A stretch of DNA of 64,000 nt from Planctomycetota bacterium. Lineage in GTDB: Bacteria > Planctomycetota > UBA1135 > GCA-002686595. The notes beneath the pieces are model-generated. The model was not told the origin of the DNA. It ran no database searches and worked only from the letters and a program-made list of their open reading frames with translations. The position numbers were made by a program, and so were the translations under genes. The stretch lies in assembly GCA_965662915.1 (NCBI GenBank), contig CBFIJG010000001.1:173929-237928 (forward strand). The letters run 5' to 3'. The first letter of the stretch is position 1, and each line of letters begins with the position of its first letter. This document shows positions 8,136 through 17,538 of this stretch, piece after piece.

Positions 8136-9980
8136 ATGGGACGCGCGCTGGAGGATCCGAAGTGGTGGCCGAAGGAGGTGCCGAAGCGGCCGGGCGTGTA
8201 CGTGTTCCGCGGGGACGACGGACGTGCCCTGTACGTCGGGAAGGCCGGCAATCTTCGGAGCCGCCTGACGAGCTATCGGCGGCCCGGCGGTGACGGGCGA
8301 ATCCTGATCCGCTTCCTTGGCGAGGAGGCGGAGTCCGTCGAGCTGCTGGTGACTCGCACCGAGCAGGAGGCGCTTCTGCTCGAGGACACCCTCATCAAGC
8401 AGTACAAGCCGCCGCACAACATCCGGCTCAAGGACGACAAGTCCTTCAGGATGCTCAGGATCGACTACGCAGATCGGTTTCCGCGGCTGAAGCACGTCCG
8501 GGCCCACTCACCCGAGGTGGGCAAGGAGGGTGGCCGAAGTCGTCTGTTCGGCCCCTTCGCCAGCGCGAGTGCGCTGCGTAAGACGGTCGCCGATCTCCAC
8601 CGCGTCGTTCCACTCCGTGACTGCCCTGACTCCGTGATGGAGAACCGGAGCCGGCCTTGCCTCAAGCACCAGATCGGACTGTGCAGCGCGCCCTGCGTGG
8701 GGCTCGTGACGCAGGGCGACTACGCGGACCTGGTGCAAAGAGCGACGCGGATCCTCTCGGGTGACGCCGAGGAGCTGCAGAATGACCTCGAACGCCGGAT
8801 GCAGGAGTCGTCGGAGCAGCTCGAGTACGAACGCGCCGCGGTCTGGCGTGATCGACTGGCGGCCCTGCGACGCACCCTCGAGGGTCAGGGCGTTCGCCCG
8901 ACGGACGGCGTGGACCGCGACGTCCTCGGTCTCGCGCGACGCGGTGATCGCGCCGCGGTCCACCGGATCTCCTGGCGGGGTGGGCGGATGGCCGAGTCCC
9001 GGACCCATCACTTCCGGAGCGAGCTACCTGACGAGGAGTTGCTCCATGACGTCCTGACGGCGCTCTACGCGCCTGGTCGCCGCCACGCTCCCGGGGAGAT
9101 CCTCCTGCCGGCGCCGCCGGCGGACCAGGACGTCCTCGGGGAACTCCTCGACGCGAAGCTGCTCGTCCCGACCACCGGGGATCGCCGCAGGATGGTCGAG
9201 TTCGGCTTCGAGAACGCGGAGAACGCGCTTCGTCGGCAATCGGACGACGAGGCTAGGGAGGAGCAGGGAGTCTCCCAGCTCGTCGATCTCCTCGACCTGG
9301 ATCCGGGGACCGAGGTGATGGACTGCTTCGACATCTCGAACATGCAGGGGGCGCACGTGGTGGCCAGCCGCGTTCGATTCCGGCGGGGTCACTCGGACCG
9401 CTCGGGATACCGGCGCTACAAGATCCGCGACGTGGACGGGCAGGACGACTTCGCCTCCATGCACGAAGTTGTGAGGCGAAGTCTTGAGCGCGGGGTGCGG
9501 GAGAACGACCTTCCCGATCTCGTGATCATCGATGGGGGGCCGCCGCAGCTCGCGCGGGCGCTCCAGGCGAGGCAGGAAGCCGGGGCCTTCCACGTGCCGA
9601 TGATCGGGCTCGCGAAGGCCCGAGCGGAGCGGAGCGTGAAGGGGCGGCGCAAGGGCGCCGTCGAGGAGCGCGTCTGGCTGCCTGGCGCGGAGGCTCCCGT
9701 CGTGCTGGGCCCGCACAGCGGTGCGAGGCACCTTCTCGAGCGGATCCGTGACGAGGCGCACAGGTTCGCCATCACCTACCATCGGAAGGAGCGTGGACGG
9801 ATCACGAGCCGGCTCGACTCGATTCCCGGGGTGGGGGCCGCGAAGCGCAAGGCACTGCTCCGTACCTTCGGTTCGGTCGCAGGCGTCGCTGCGGCCAGCG
9901 TGGAGCAGCTGCGGTCGGTCGACGGGATCTCTCCTGAGCTCGCGCGGGTCATCTCCGAGAGGCTCCGTGGAGGGGCCTGA
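8136..9980 (+). CDS. uvrC: excinuclease ABC subunit C
   Basis: GIY-YIG motif GVYVFRGDDGRALYVGKAGNLRSRLTSY, a UVR domain, an Endo V-like domain, and a C-terminal (HhH)2 (IPGVGAAKRKALLRTFGSVAGV). Confidence 0.96.
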   Translation: MGRALEDPKWWPKEVPKRPGVYVFRGDDGRALYVGKAGNLRSRLTSYRRPGGDGRILIRFLGEEAESVELLVTRTEQEALLLEDTLIKQYKPPHNIRLKDDKSFRMLRIDYADRFPRLKHVRAHSPEVGKEGGRSRLFGPFASASALRKTVADLHRVVPLRDCPDSVMENRSRPCLKHQIGLCSAPCVGLVTQGDYADLVQRATRILSGDAEELQNDLERRMQESSEQLEYERAAVWRDRLAALRRTLEGQGVRPTDGVDRDVLGLARRGDRAAVHRISWRGGRMAESRTHHFRSELPDEELLHDVLTALYAPGRRHAPGEILLPAPPADQDVLGELLDAKLLVPTTGDRRRMVEFGFENAENALRRQSDDEAREEQGVSQLVDLLDLDPGTEVMDCFDISNMQGAHVVASRVRFRRGHSDRSGYRRYKIRDVDGQDDFASMHEVVRRSLERGVRENDLPDLVIIDGGPPQLARALQARQEAGAFHVPMIGLAKARAERSVKGRRKGAVEERVWLPGAEAPVVLGPHSGARHLLERIRDEAHRFAITYHRKERGRITSRLDSIPGVGAAKRKALLRTFGSVAGVAAASVEQLRSVDGISPELARVISERLRGGA

Positions 9981-10008
9981 GCTCGCGCGTTGGGCTAGAC
10001 TTTCGGTG

Positions 10009-11286
10009 ATGAGCTTCCTGATGCCGCCCGCAGCCGCCGCGATGGTCTGCTTCCTGCCTCTCGCCAGTGGGATGCCCCAGGAAGTGACATCGCAGATCGG
10101 AGAGGAGACCGTTCACGCGGAGGGGGAGACCTTCGCCGTGCGGTCACTCTGGCGGTCCGAGCGGATGCTGGACGCGTACGCGAAGGAGGGTCTGGGGATC
10201 TGCGAAGCCGTGGCCGCGGCCGCCGGGACAGCGGGTCGCGACCCGCTTCTGGAGATCGGCATCGCTCCTTCCCCTCGCGGTCTTCGTCGGATGCTGGGCA
10301 CCGCTCCGCAGCACGCGCTCTCGGTCCCCGCCGCTCCCTTCGAGGGGCGTGAGCTGCCCGCCGTCGTCGCCTGGCCGCTCCTCCACGATCGGGTGCTCTA
10401 CTGGGTTCAGCTGCCACCGGCGACCCGCCGGCAACTGGCGCTGCAGGCCGCGTCGATGGTCCTGCCCGGCGACTCCACGGAGGTCGTCGGAAGCCGGCTG
10501 GTCGTCGCACAGCAGGGACTCGAGGCGGTGGGCGCTTCGCGTCCGTCCGAGGAGGAGCCCTGGATCTCCACGGGGCTCTTCGAGCTCAAGCGCCTGCTCG
10601 GCGAGGCCGACGATGCCGAAGCGCTCCTCGAGCGGCTCCTCGATGAGGCCGCCGTGGACGCGTCCGCTCCCACGGTTCTTCCCCCGCAGTCGCGTCATGC
10701 CGCCACGGCCGCTCAGGCAGCGGCGATGCTCTGGAGCCAGCTCCCCGAGGCCTCCCTGGCGGAGCTGCAGCGCTCGGCCGAGTCCCTGGTGCCCCGATGG
10801 GTGGTCCAGGCCGGTGCGGTCGCGACCCACGACTTCGGCTGGTGTGCCACCGGCACCGGCTGGAACGATGCCCTGATGCTGAGTTCGGAGCCCGTCGAGT
10901 CCGAGCGGTACTCGATCTCGACCGAGTTCTTCGTGCTCTCGAACAACATGCGCTTCCCGGCGCAGGCCGACATCGCGTTCGGAGGACGGGGAGAGGAGCG
11001 GTTCCTCCTCGTGTGCAACTCGCTTGAGGGGATCTACCTGTTCCGCCGTCGCGCGGACGGGAGCGGATACGACGGCCTCTCGGAGCGCAAGGACATCCGC
11101 GTACCCGTCGGTCAACGCCTCGCGGTTCGGATCGACGTGGACGAGGATCGAATCAACGTGACGGTGGGCGGCGTCGCGCTGGACCCTGTGCGCGTGGCGG
11201 ACAGGCCGTTGGCCGGCGTGTTCGGCATCGGCGCGCACGCGGGGAGCACGGCGCTCTTCAAGGACCCCGTGCTCGAGCTACGCTGA
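10009..11286 (+). CDS. hypothetical secreted protein (C-terminal beta-sandwich suspected)
   Basis: Track ORF 9721..11286 overlaps uvrC, so the start was trimmed to ATG 10009 (MSFLMPPAAAAMVCFLPLASG, signal-peptide-like). The C-terminal 150 aa or so (YSISTEFFVL...GIYLFRR...RINVTVGGVALD...GVFGIGAHAGSTALFKD) resemble a LamG/DUF1080-type jelly roll. That fold assignment is my impression only. Confidence 0.6.
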   Translation: MSFLMPPAAAAMVCFLPLASGMPQEVTSQIGEETVHAEGETFAVRSLWRSERMLDAYAKEGLGICEAVAAAAGTAGRDPLLEIGIAPSPRGLRRMLGTAPQHALSVPAAPFEGRELPAVVAWPLLHDRVLYWVQLPPATRRQLALQAASMVLPGDSTEVVGSRLVVAQQGLEAVGASRPSEEEPWISTGLFELKRLLGEADDAEALLERLLDEAAVDASAPTVLPPQSRHAATAAQAAAMLWSQLPEASLAELQRSAESLVPRWVVQAGAVATHDFGWCATGTGWNDALMLSSEPVESERYSISTEFFVLSNNMRFPAQADIAFGGRGEERFLLVCNSLEGIYLFRRRADGSGYDGLSERKDIRVPVGQRLAVRIDVDEDRINVTVGGVALDPVRVADRPLAGVFGIGAHAGSTALFKDPVLELR

Positions 11287-11293
11287 TCGGGCG

Positions 11294-12316
11294 TCAGCCG
11301 CGCGGGTGGTGCATCTTGTGGACCGTTCGCACGTGCTCCTCGTCCAGGTGGGTGTAGATCTCCGTCGTCCGGATGGAGGCGTGGCCGAGCATCTCCTGTA
11401 CGGCTCGCAAGTCCGCTCCTCCGGCGAGCATGTGGGACGCGAATGAGTGACGCAGGTCGTGCGGCGAGATCCCGGGTGGGAGTCCTGCGATCCGCGCAGC
11501 TTCCTTCACCCGCCGCCAGGCGTTCGGGCGGTCCAGGGGGCGCCCGGTCCGCGAGAGGAAGATCGCGATCCTCGAGCGGCCGCCGCCGGACGATCCCCTC
11601 AGAAGCTGCGGCCGATGGACGTCGATCCAGTGCTTGAGGGTCGTCCGCGCTCGTCTGCCGAGGGGCACGATGCGCATCTTGTCTCCCTTTCCATGGAGGC
11701 GCACGGAAGAGTAGTCGGGCGGGAGGTCCTCCGTGGTCAGGCCCAGCGCCTCGGAGATCCTGGCGCCGGCGGCGTAGAGGACCTCCAGCAGTGCCGTGTC
11801 ACGCGCTTCGCGCCAGGACGGGGGCGCATCCCCGACGGAATGGAACGCGCGAAGCAGCGTGTCCACCTGCTCGGGCGTCAGGGTCGTCGGGAGGAGGCGG
11901 GCGAGGCGTGGCGCGGAGACGCGGGCCGTCGGGTCGGAGCGGAGTTCGCCCTCCTGGACCAGGAAGCGGATGAGCATGCGCAGGGAGACCAGTCCTCGAG
12001 CGACGGTGGCCTCGGCTGCTCCCTCCCGGCGCCGGTCTGCGAGCCAGTCGTAGACGTCGTCTTCACAGAGCTCCTGCCAGTGCGTCAGCCCGGCCCCGGC
12101 CAGGCGCTTCGAGAGCGACCTCAGGTCCGTTCCGTAGGCCCGCAGGGCATTTCGGGAGAGCCCAGCCTCCACGCGCATCGCGTCGAGGAAGTCTCCGATA
12201 GGCGCGGTGAGGCCCTGCGGAATCAGAGCTGGCTGATCGTCCGGCACGGCCTCATTGGGGGACCGAAGGTCGCTGCGAGCAAGGCCGAGCCATGGGAACC
12301 GGCCACACAGCCGCAT
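11294..12316 (-). CDS. xerD: tyrosine recombinase XerD/XerC
   Basis: Contains HDLRHSFASHMLAGGADLRAVQEMLGHASIRTTEIYTHL (R-H-R-Y catalytic region), ALLEVLYAAGARISEALGL, and an N-terminal SAM-like core-binding domain (FLDAMRVEAGLSRNALRAYGTDL). Track ORF 11294..12457 trimmed to ATG 12316. The start is uncertain. Confidence 0.88.
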   Translation of the reverse strand: MRLCGRFPWLGLARSDLRSPNEAVPDDQPALIPQGLTAPIGDFLDAMRVEAGLSRNALRAYGTDLRSLSKRLAGAGLTHWQELCEDDVYDWLADRRREGAAEATVARGLVSLRMLIRFLVQEGELRSDPTARVSAPRLARLLPTTLTPEQVDTLLRAFHSVGDAPPSWREARDTALLEVLYAAGARISEALGLTTEDLPPDYSSVRLHGKGDKMRIVPLGRRARTTLKHWIDVHRPQLLRGSSGGGRSRIAIFLSRTGRPLDRPNAWRRVKEAARIAGLPPGISPHDLRHSFASHMLAGGADLRAVQEMLGHASIRTTEIYTHLDEEHVRTVHKMHHPRG

Positions 12317-12383
12317 CGACCGGTCCCGAAGGCCCGTGCGTTGGATTCCGTTCGAGTGCAACGCGTCGCTACCCTCTGGGCCC

Positions 12384-13064
12384 ATGGTCTCCTCCAGCGA
12401 GGGCCACGAGCCCACCCCCGGGGCGCCTCCTGCCGTCCCGCCCTCTTCCGATCCCATGCGCCCGGGATGGGCGCGGCACGTGTCACTGCTCGCGACCGTC
12501 GCGGCCCTGGTCGCGCTCGATCTGTGGTCGAAGGGGACGGTCTTCGCCTGGCTCGACAGCGCCGAGGGCGCCGCGGAGGTCGGCCGGAGCGAGAACGGCC
12601 AGCCGCGCTACCAGGTCCTCGGGTTCGAGTGGCTGGGGTTCATGCTCAACCTGAACTACGGGGCGGCCTTCGGGCAGGGCTCGAGCGCCCAGGGGGTGCT
12701 CGTGGCCGGGCGCTGCCTCGCTGCGCTGTTCCTGACCGTGCTCATCGTGCGGACGCCCGCGGGCCAGCGAGTCTACCTGAGCTCCCTCGTCCTGATTCTC
12801 GCGGGCGCGCTGGGCAACCTTTACGACAACCTGTTCTTCGAGCCGCACCCCGGACTGAGCGGGTACGCCGACGGCCGACGATTCGGGCCGGTGCGTGACT
12901 TCATCGACGTCTACTTCACGGGCTGGGACTGGCACTTCCCGACCTTCAACGTCGCTGACTCGTGTATCACCGTGGGGGCAGTGCTGCTTCTTCTCTCCGG
13001 TTTCTTCGGCGGCTCCGGGGGGGAGGCGCCGAAGGCCACAGTCAAGGCAGCTGAAGCGGGGTAG
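12384..13064 (+). CDS. lspA: lipoprotein signal peptidase II
   Basis: Contains FGPVRDFIDVYFTGWDWHFPTFNVADSCITVGAVLLLL and LDLWSKG, with four TM segments. Track ORF 12255..13064. The start is ATG 12384, or alternatively 12456. Confidence 0.88.
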   Translation: MVSSSEGHEPTPGAPPAVPPSSDPMRPGWARHVSLLATVAALVALDLWSKGTVFAWLDSAEGAAEVGRSENGQPRYQVLGFEWLGFMLNLNYGAAFGQGSSAQGVLVAGRCLAALFLTVLIVRTPAGQRVYLSSLVLILAGALGNLYDNLFFEPHPGLSGYADGRRFGPVRDFIDVYFTGWDWHFPTFNVADSCITVGAVLLLLSGFFGGSGGEAPKATVKAAEAG

Positions 13065-13288
13065 TTTCAGACCGGGCCTCGCTCCCCTCGGATTCCCGGG
13101 GTGCAGGCGTGACATCCAGCGAGGTTGCCCACAACCTCCTGAACGGCCTCCGCGGCCAGCCCTCGCGCGATCCTGCGCGCCCATTCACGGACCGATGATG
13201 CAACGAGCCCTGATCCTCTGGAGCGGCCTTCCGTTCCTGCGGCCGTCAAGGCTCGTCGCGCCGCCCCCGGCCGAGGCACGCGCCTGAG

Positions 13289-14143
13289 ATGAAGCTCGAG
13301 AAGCTCACTCCGGCCCACGTCAAACAGGCAGTGGCCATCTACATGGACCACGCCTGGCCTGATGGGGCGAAGGGGGCTTCGCTCACGGCGCTCGAGAAGC
13401 TTCAAGCGGAGGAGACTCTCCGGGGGCTCAGGGGGGTGTTCGAGACCGGCGCCACCCGGAAGGGGCCCCGTACTCACCGCTACAGTCTCCGGCTTGGCAA
13501 CGACCGCTACCCCTGGATGAAATTCGTGATCCAGGAGTACCTCGTGGACGGAGAGTTCTTCTTCTCGGTCGACACCCATGACGAGCTCCGGGTCGATCCT
13601 GCGACCCCGGACTACGAGTCCTGGTGCGAGCTGCAACGCTACAACCGGGGCCTCAAGAAGGCGATCGAGTTGGAGTGGGCGGCTGCGCAGCTTCCGACCC
13701 ACGGCGAGTTGAGGGCGATCTGCGAGGGACTCGAGCGGCTGGAGGCGGACAGAGCGATCACGACCGCCCACCGCGGCAAGCGCGTGCTGGTCGTGGACGA
13801 CGACGAGGACGTCGCGCGTGGCGAGGCGGCCGTCCTCCGCGCCATCGGGTACCAGGTGGAGACCGCCTACGACGGCCGCCAGGTGCTCGATCGCATGGCC
13901 CGGGATCCGCTTCCCGATCTCGTGGTCCTGGACTTCGCCATGCCTGAGTTCGACGGTGAGGAGGTGATGCGCCGTCTCCGGGCCGACAGCCGGACCGCGG
14001 GCATTCCGCTGCTCCTGGCCACAGCGAGTGAGATCGACCTGGAGACCATCCAGCGGGCGAGCGGGCTCCTCCGCAAGCCGTACCCGCGCTCGGTCCTCTG
14101 CGGGATGATCGAGCGGTTGCTCACGGACGCTGCGACCGGCTGA
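13289..14143 (+). CDS. response regulator: unknown N-terminal domain of about 155 aa plus a C-terminal receiver domain
   Basis: REC domain KRVLVVDDDEDV...DLVVLDFAMPEFDG...PLLLATAS...LRKPY carries the acidic pocket, phospho-acceptor D, T and K residues. The N-terminal domain (MKLEKLTPAHVKQAVAIYMDHAWPDG...) matches no family I recognise. Confidence 0.8.
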   Translation: MKLEKLTPAHVKQAVAIYMDHAWPDGAKGASLTALEKLQAEETLRGLRGVFETGATRKGPRTHRYSLRLGNDRYPWMKFVIQEYLVDGEFFFSVDTHDELRVDPATPDYESWCELQRYNRGLKKAIELEWAAAQLPTHGELRAICEGLERLEADRAITTAHRGKRVLVVDDDEDVARGEAAVLRAIGYQVETAYDGRQVLDRMARDPLPDLVVLDFAMPEFDGEEVMRRLRADSRTAGIPLLLATASEIDLETIQRASGLLRKPYPRSVLCGMIERLLTDAATG

Positions 14144-14390
14144 CGGCGCCACCCTGGCGGACGCCGGGCACGCCGCTCCGGCTCGGTGAGCGCCGGCTCC
14201 CTGGGCGCACGAGAGTGGGCCTGGATCTCGAGGCCCCTCGGCTCCCTCGCTCAAGGGTGTGGGATCTCCCTTGGCACCGGCCTGAGCCGGGCCGATACTC
14301 CTCGGTCCCTTCGTCCGCCCGGGAGTGCGACACGCGCCTAGGAGCCCCGCTGGAGCACCTGGAAGCCGGGCTCAGCGAAGGGGGACCGCC

Positions 14391-17300
14391 ATGAGCTGGG
14401 ACGACATCACAGACAAATTCTCCTCCGTCGGCGAGGGGATCGGGAATTTCGCGAAGCGCCTCTTCGGATCGGAGAACGAGCGGGAGGTGCGCAAGCTCAC
14501 GCCGCTGATCGCGGAGATCAACGGGCTCGAGACCTGGGCCGAGGGCCTGGACCGCGAGACGGTCCAGAGGGAGGTGCAGGCGATGCGCCGACAGGTGCAG
14601 GCGGGCGAGGAGTCGCTGGACTCTGTCCTGACCAAGATGTTCGCGCTGACGCGCGAGGCCTCCAAGCGCACCCTGGGCCTGCGGCATTACGACGTCCAGC
14701 TCGTGGGCGGCTACGTGCTCCACTCGGGCAAGATCGCCGAGATGATGACGGGCGAGGGCAAGACCCTCATGGCGACCCTCGCGCTCGCGCTCAACGCGCT
14801 CTCTGGCCGGCCCTGCTATCTCGTCACGGTGAACGACTACCTGGCTCGGCGGGATGCGGATTGGATGCGCCCGATCTACGAGTACCTGGGGCTCTCCGTC
14901 GGCGCCATCCAGTCGAGCCTCGACCCCTCGACTCGCAAGCCGATCTACACCTCGGACATCGTCTACGCGACGAACAACGAGCTGGGCTTCGACTATCTGC
15001 GGGACAACATGAAGACCACTCTGGACCAGCAGGTTCAGAAGGACCTCTATTTCGCGATCGTCGACGAGGTGGACTCGATCCTGATCGACGAGGCTCGAAC
15101 TCCGCTGATCATCTCCGGGCCCGCGGAGGATCACGTCGGTCGCTATGCCGAGGCGGACAAGGTCGCGCGTCAGCTCACGCGGGACGAGCACTTCGAGGTG
15201 AAGGAGAAGGAGCGCATCGCGTCGCTCACCGAGGACGGCATCGTGAAGGCACAGGAGATCCTCGGTGTCGAGTCGTTCTACGTGCCGGGTTTCGAGGACT
15301 GGCCGCACTACATCGAGAACTCGCTGCGCGCCCACTCGCTCTACGAGCTGGACAAGGAGTACGTGGTCGAGGAGGCCGAGGACCCCAGGACGGGCCAGTT
15401 GCGCAAGGAGGTCGTCATCGTCGACGAGTTCACCGGGCGCAAGATGGCGGGCCGTCGCTGGTCGGATGGACTCCACCAGGCCGTCGAGGTGAAGGAGGGG
15501 CTGGAGCCGAAGCAGGAGACCCAGACCCTGGCGACGATCACCTTCCAGAACTACTTCCGGATGTTCGACAAGCTCGCGGGCATGACGGGAACGGCCATGA
15601 CCGAGGCGGGAGAGTTCCACAAGATCTATGAACTTGACGTCATCTCGGTCCCCACGAACAGGCCGATCGCGCGGGAGGACCACATCGATGTCGTCTACCG
15701 GACGCTCCCGGAGAAATGGGAGGCGATCTGCGACGAGATCGAGCGTGTCCAGGAGAGCGGTCAGCCGGTCCTCGTCGGGACCGCGTCGGTCGAGAACTCC
15801 GAAACCCTCTCGAAGCTCCTCGCTGAGCGGCGCCTGACGCACGAGGTCCTGAACGCGAAGAACCACGAGCGGGAGGCGCACATCGTCGCCATGGCCGGCG
15901 CCAAAGGCGCCGTGACGGTTTCCACGAACATGGCCGGCCGCGGCACCGACATCAAGCTGGGCGGCAACTTCGAGTACCTGCTGGCTCAGGCCCTGAGCGA
16001 GGCGGGCCTGGAGGCCGGTGACCCCGAGAAGCTCGACGAGATCGACGCGATCCGAACCCGCGTCGAGGCCGAGTCCAGCGCAGCTGAAGAGGAGATCCTG
16101 GGATTGGGCGGGCTCTACGTCCTCGGGACGGAGCGCCATGAGGCGCGGCGCATCGACAACCAGCTGCGTGGGCGCACGGGCCGCCAGGGCAACGTAGGGG
16201 CCAGTCGCTTCTACCTGTCCCTGCAGGATCCGCTCATGCGAATCTTCTATCGCGACTGGGTCGTCAACGCGATGGAGCGGCTGGGCATGAGCGAGGGGCA
16301 GCCGATCGAGTCCGGGATGGTCACCCGGCAGGTCGCGCGAGCGCAGAAGAAGGTCGAGGACCGCAACTTCGAGATCCGCAAGAACCTCCTCGAGTACGAC
16401 GAGGTGATGGACCATCAGCGGACCGAGATCTACTCGGCTCGTCAGGCCGTCCTCGAGGGTGAGGATCTCAAGGATCGCGTCTCGATCATGATCGGGAACA
16501 TGGTCGACCGGACGTCCGATGCGTACGACCAGGACCCCGGTGGTTTCCGGGACTGGGTTCTCCGTACGTTCGGTGTGGAGGTCTCCGAGGGCGCGGCGGC
16601 CGCCGCGACGGACGCCGAGGAGGTGGACCTGGGGCCCGTCATCGATGAGATCGATCGGGCTTACGTCGGGCGGCGGGAGGCCTGGGGTCCCGAGCTCACC
16701 CAGCGGATCGAGTCCTATCTCGTCCTGACCGCCATCGACCAGAAGTGGAAGGACCACCTGCACGCGATGGACGCGCTGAAGGCCGGGATCGGGCTGCGTG
16801 GATACGGCCAGCAGGACCCGAAGATCGCCTACAAGAAGGAGGCGACGGAGCTCTTCGGTCAGCAACTCCTGCCAGCGATCGAGAGCGACGTGGCATCGAA
16901 GGTCCTGCGGATCGAGGTGAACCGTCCGGACGAGGAGCAGGGTGCCGGTGACAACCTCGCGCCGCGTGGGATCGCCGGGAGCGCCGGCGCGCCGCAGCCG
17001 GAGCGGAAGGTTCGCTTCGACGAGCTCAGCCTCGAGCAGCAGAAGACCGTCGTGGCGCAGCTCCCGCCCGAGCAGAAGATCATGGCCGTGATGCAGGCCG
17101 GGGAGAACGAGGGCGAGCTTCTGCTGGAGCTCGACGAGGAGCTCCAGGAGAAGTACGAGGACTTCAAGAAGCAGATCGAGACGCGTCGTCGGCAAGCGCA
17201 GGCCGAGGCGGCCGCGCGTCAGCAGATGACCAGAGGGACCGCGGCCTCCAACGCGTTCGACATGATGCGCCGCAGGCAGATCCTCGAGCAGCGACAGCGG

Positions 17301-17504
17301 CAGGCGGACACCGGGGGCGAGACCAAGGAGGAGGGCAGCGCCGCCGAATCCGAGGCGGTCCGGACGACGGCGGCTGCGCCTGAACGGGTCCATGCCCCCA
17401 AAGCCGCCGCAGCCGAGCTGGGTCCTGAGTTCCGGAACGTCGGTCGGAACGACACCTGCCCCTGCGGGAGCGGGAAGAAGTTCAAGAAGTGCCACGGCAA
17501 GTGA
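14391..17504 (+). CDS. secA: preprotein translocase ATPase SecA
   Basis: Track ORF 14325..17504. ATG 14391 is preceded by GAAGGGGGA. Motifs MMTGEGKTLMATL, DEVDSILIDEARTPLIISG and TNMAGRGTDIKLGG are present, with a C-terminal zinc motif CPCGSGKKFKKCHGK. Confidence 0.98.
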   Translation: MSWDDITDKFSSVGEGIGNFAKRLFGSENEREVRKLTPLIAEINGLETWAEGLDRETVQREVQAMRRQVQAGEESLDSVLTKMFALTREASKRTLGLRHYDVQLVGGYVLHSGKIAEMMTGEGKTLMATLALALNALSGRPCYLVTVNDYLARRDADWMRPIYEYLGLSVGAIQSSLDPSTRKPIYTSDIVYATNNELGFDYLRDNMKTTLDQQVQKDLYFAIVDEVDSILIDEARTPLIISGPAEDHVGRYAEADKVARQLTRDEHFEVKEKERIASLTEDGIVKAQEILGVESFYVPGFEDWPHYIENSLRAHSLYELDKEYVVEEAEDPRTGQLRKEVVIVDEFTGRKMAGRRWSDGLHQAVEVKEGLEPKQETQTLATITFQNYFRMFDKLAGMTGTAMTEAGEFHKIYELDVISVPTNRPIAREDHIDVVYRTLPEKWEAICDEIERVQESGQPVLVGTASVENSETLSKLLAERRLTHEVLNAKNHEREAHIVAMAGAKGAVTVSTNMAGRGTDIKLGGNFEYLLAQALSEAGLEAGDPEKLDEIDAIRTRVEAESSAAEEEILGLGGLYVLGTERHEARRIDNQLRGRTGRQGNVGASRFYLSLQDPLMRIFYRDWVVNAMERLGMSEGQPIESGMVTRQVARAQKKVEDRNFEIRKNLLEYDEVMDHQRTEIYSARQAVLEGEDLKDRVSIMIGNMVDRTSDAYDQDPGGFRDWVLRTFGVEVSEGAAAAATDAEEVDLGPVIDEIDRAYVGRREAWGPELTQRIESYLVLTAIDQKWKDHLHAMDALKAGIGLRGYGQQDPKIAYKKEATELFGQQLLPAIESDVASKVLRIEVNRPDEEQGAGDNLAPRGIAGSAGAPQPERKVRFDELSLEQQKTVVAQLPPEQKIMAVMQAGENEGELLLELDEELQEKYEDFKKQIETRRRQAQAEAAARQQMTRGTAASNAFDMMRRRQILEQRQRQADTGGETKEEGSAAESEAVRTTAAAPERVHAPKAAAAELGPEFRNVGRNDTCPCGSGKKFKKCHGK

Positions 17505-17538
17505 GCCGGTGGGGCCTTGCCTCGCGTGAGCCCTGCGG

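Noticed and set aside
11294-12316. Tyrosine recombinase as the integrase of a mobile element or prophage
   Set aside because: The sequence is XerC/D-like along its full length. It is flanked by housekeeping genes (uvrC, lspA). I saw no adjacent tRNA, no direct repeats and no phage or IS genes.
13067-14254. 395-aa minus-strand ORF, plus similar antisense ORFs at 21183..23081, 50572..52533, 22374..23426 and 27539..28594
   Set aside because: Each overlaps a gene with strong family motifs on the other strand or in another frame (response regulator, UbiA/HEAT, kinase, binding protein). Their products are Arg/Pro-rich and lack motifs.
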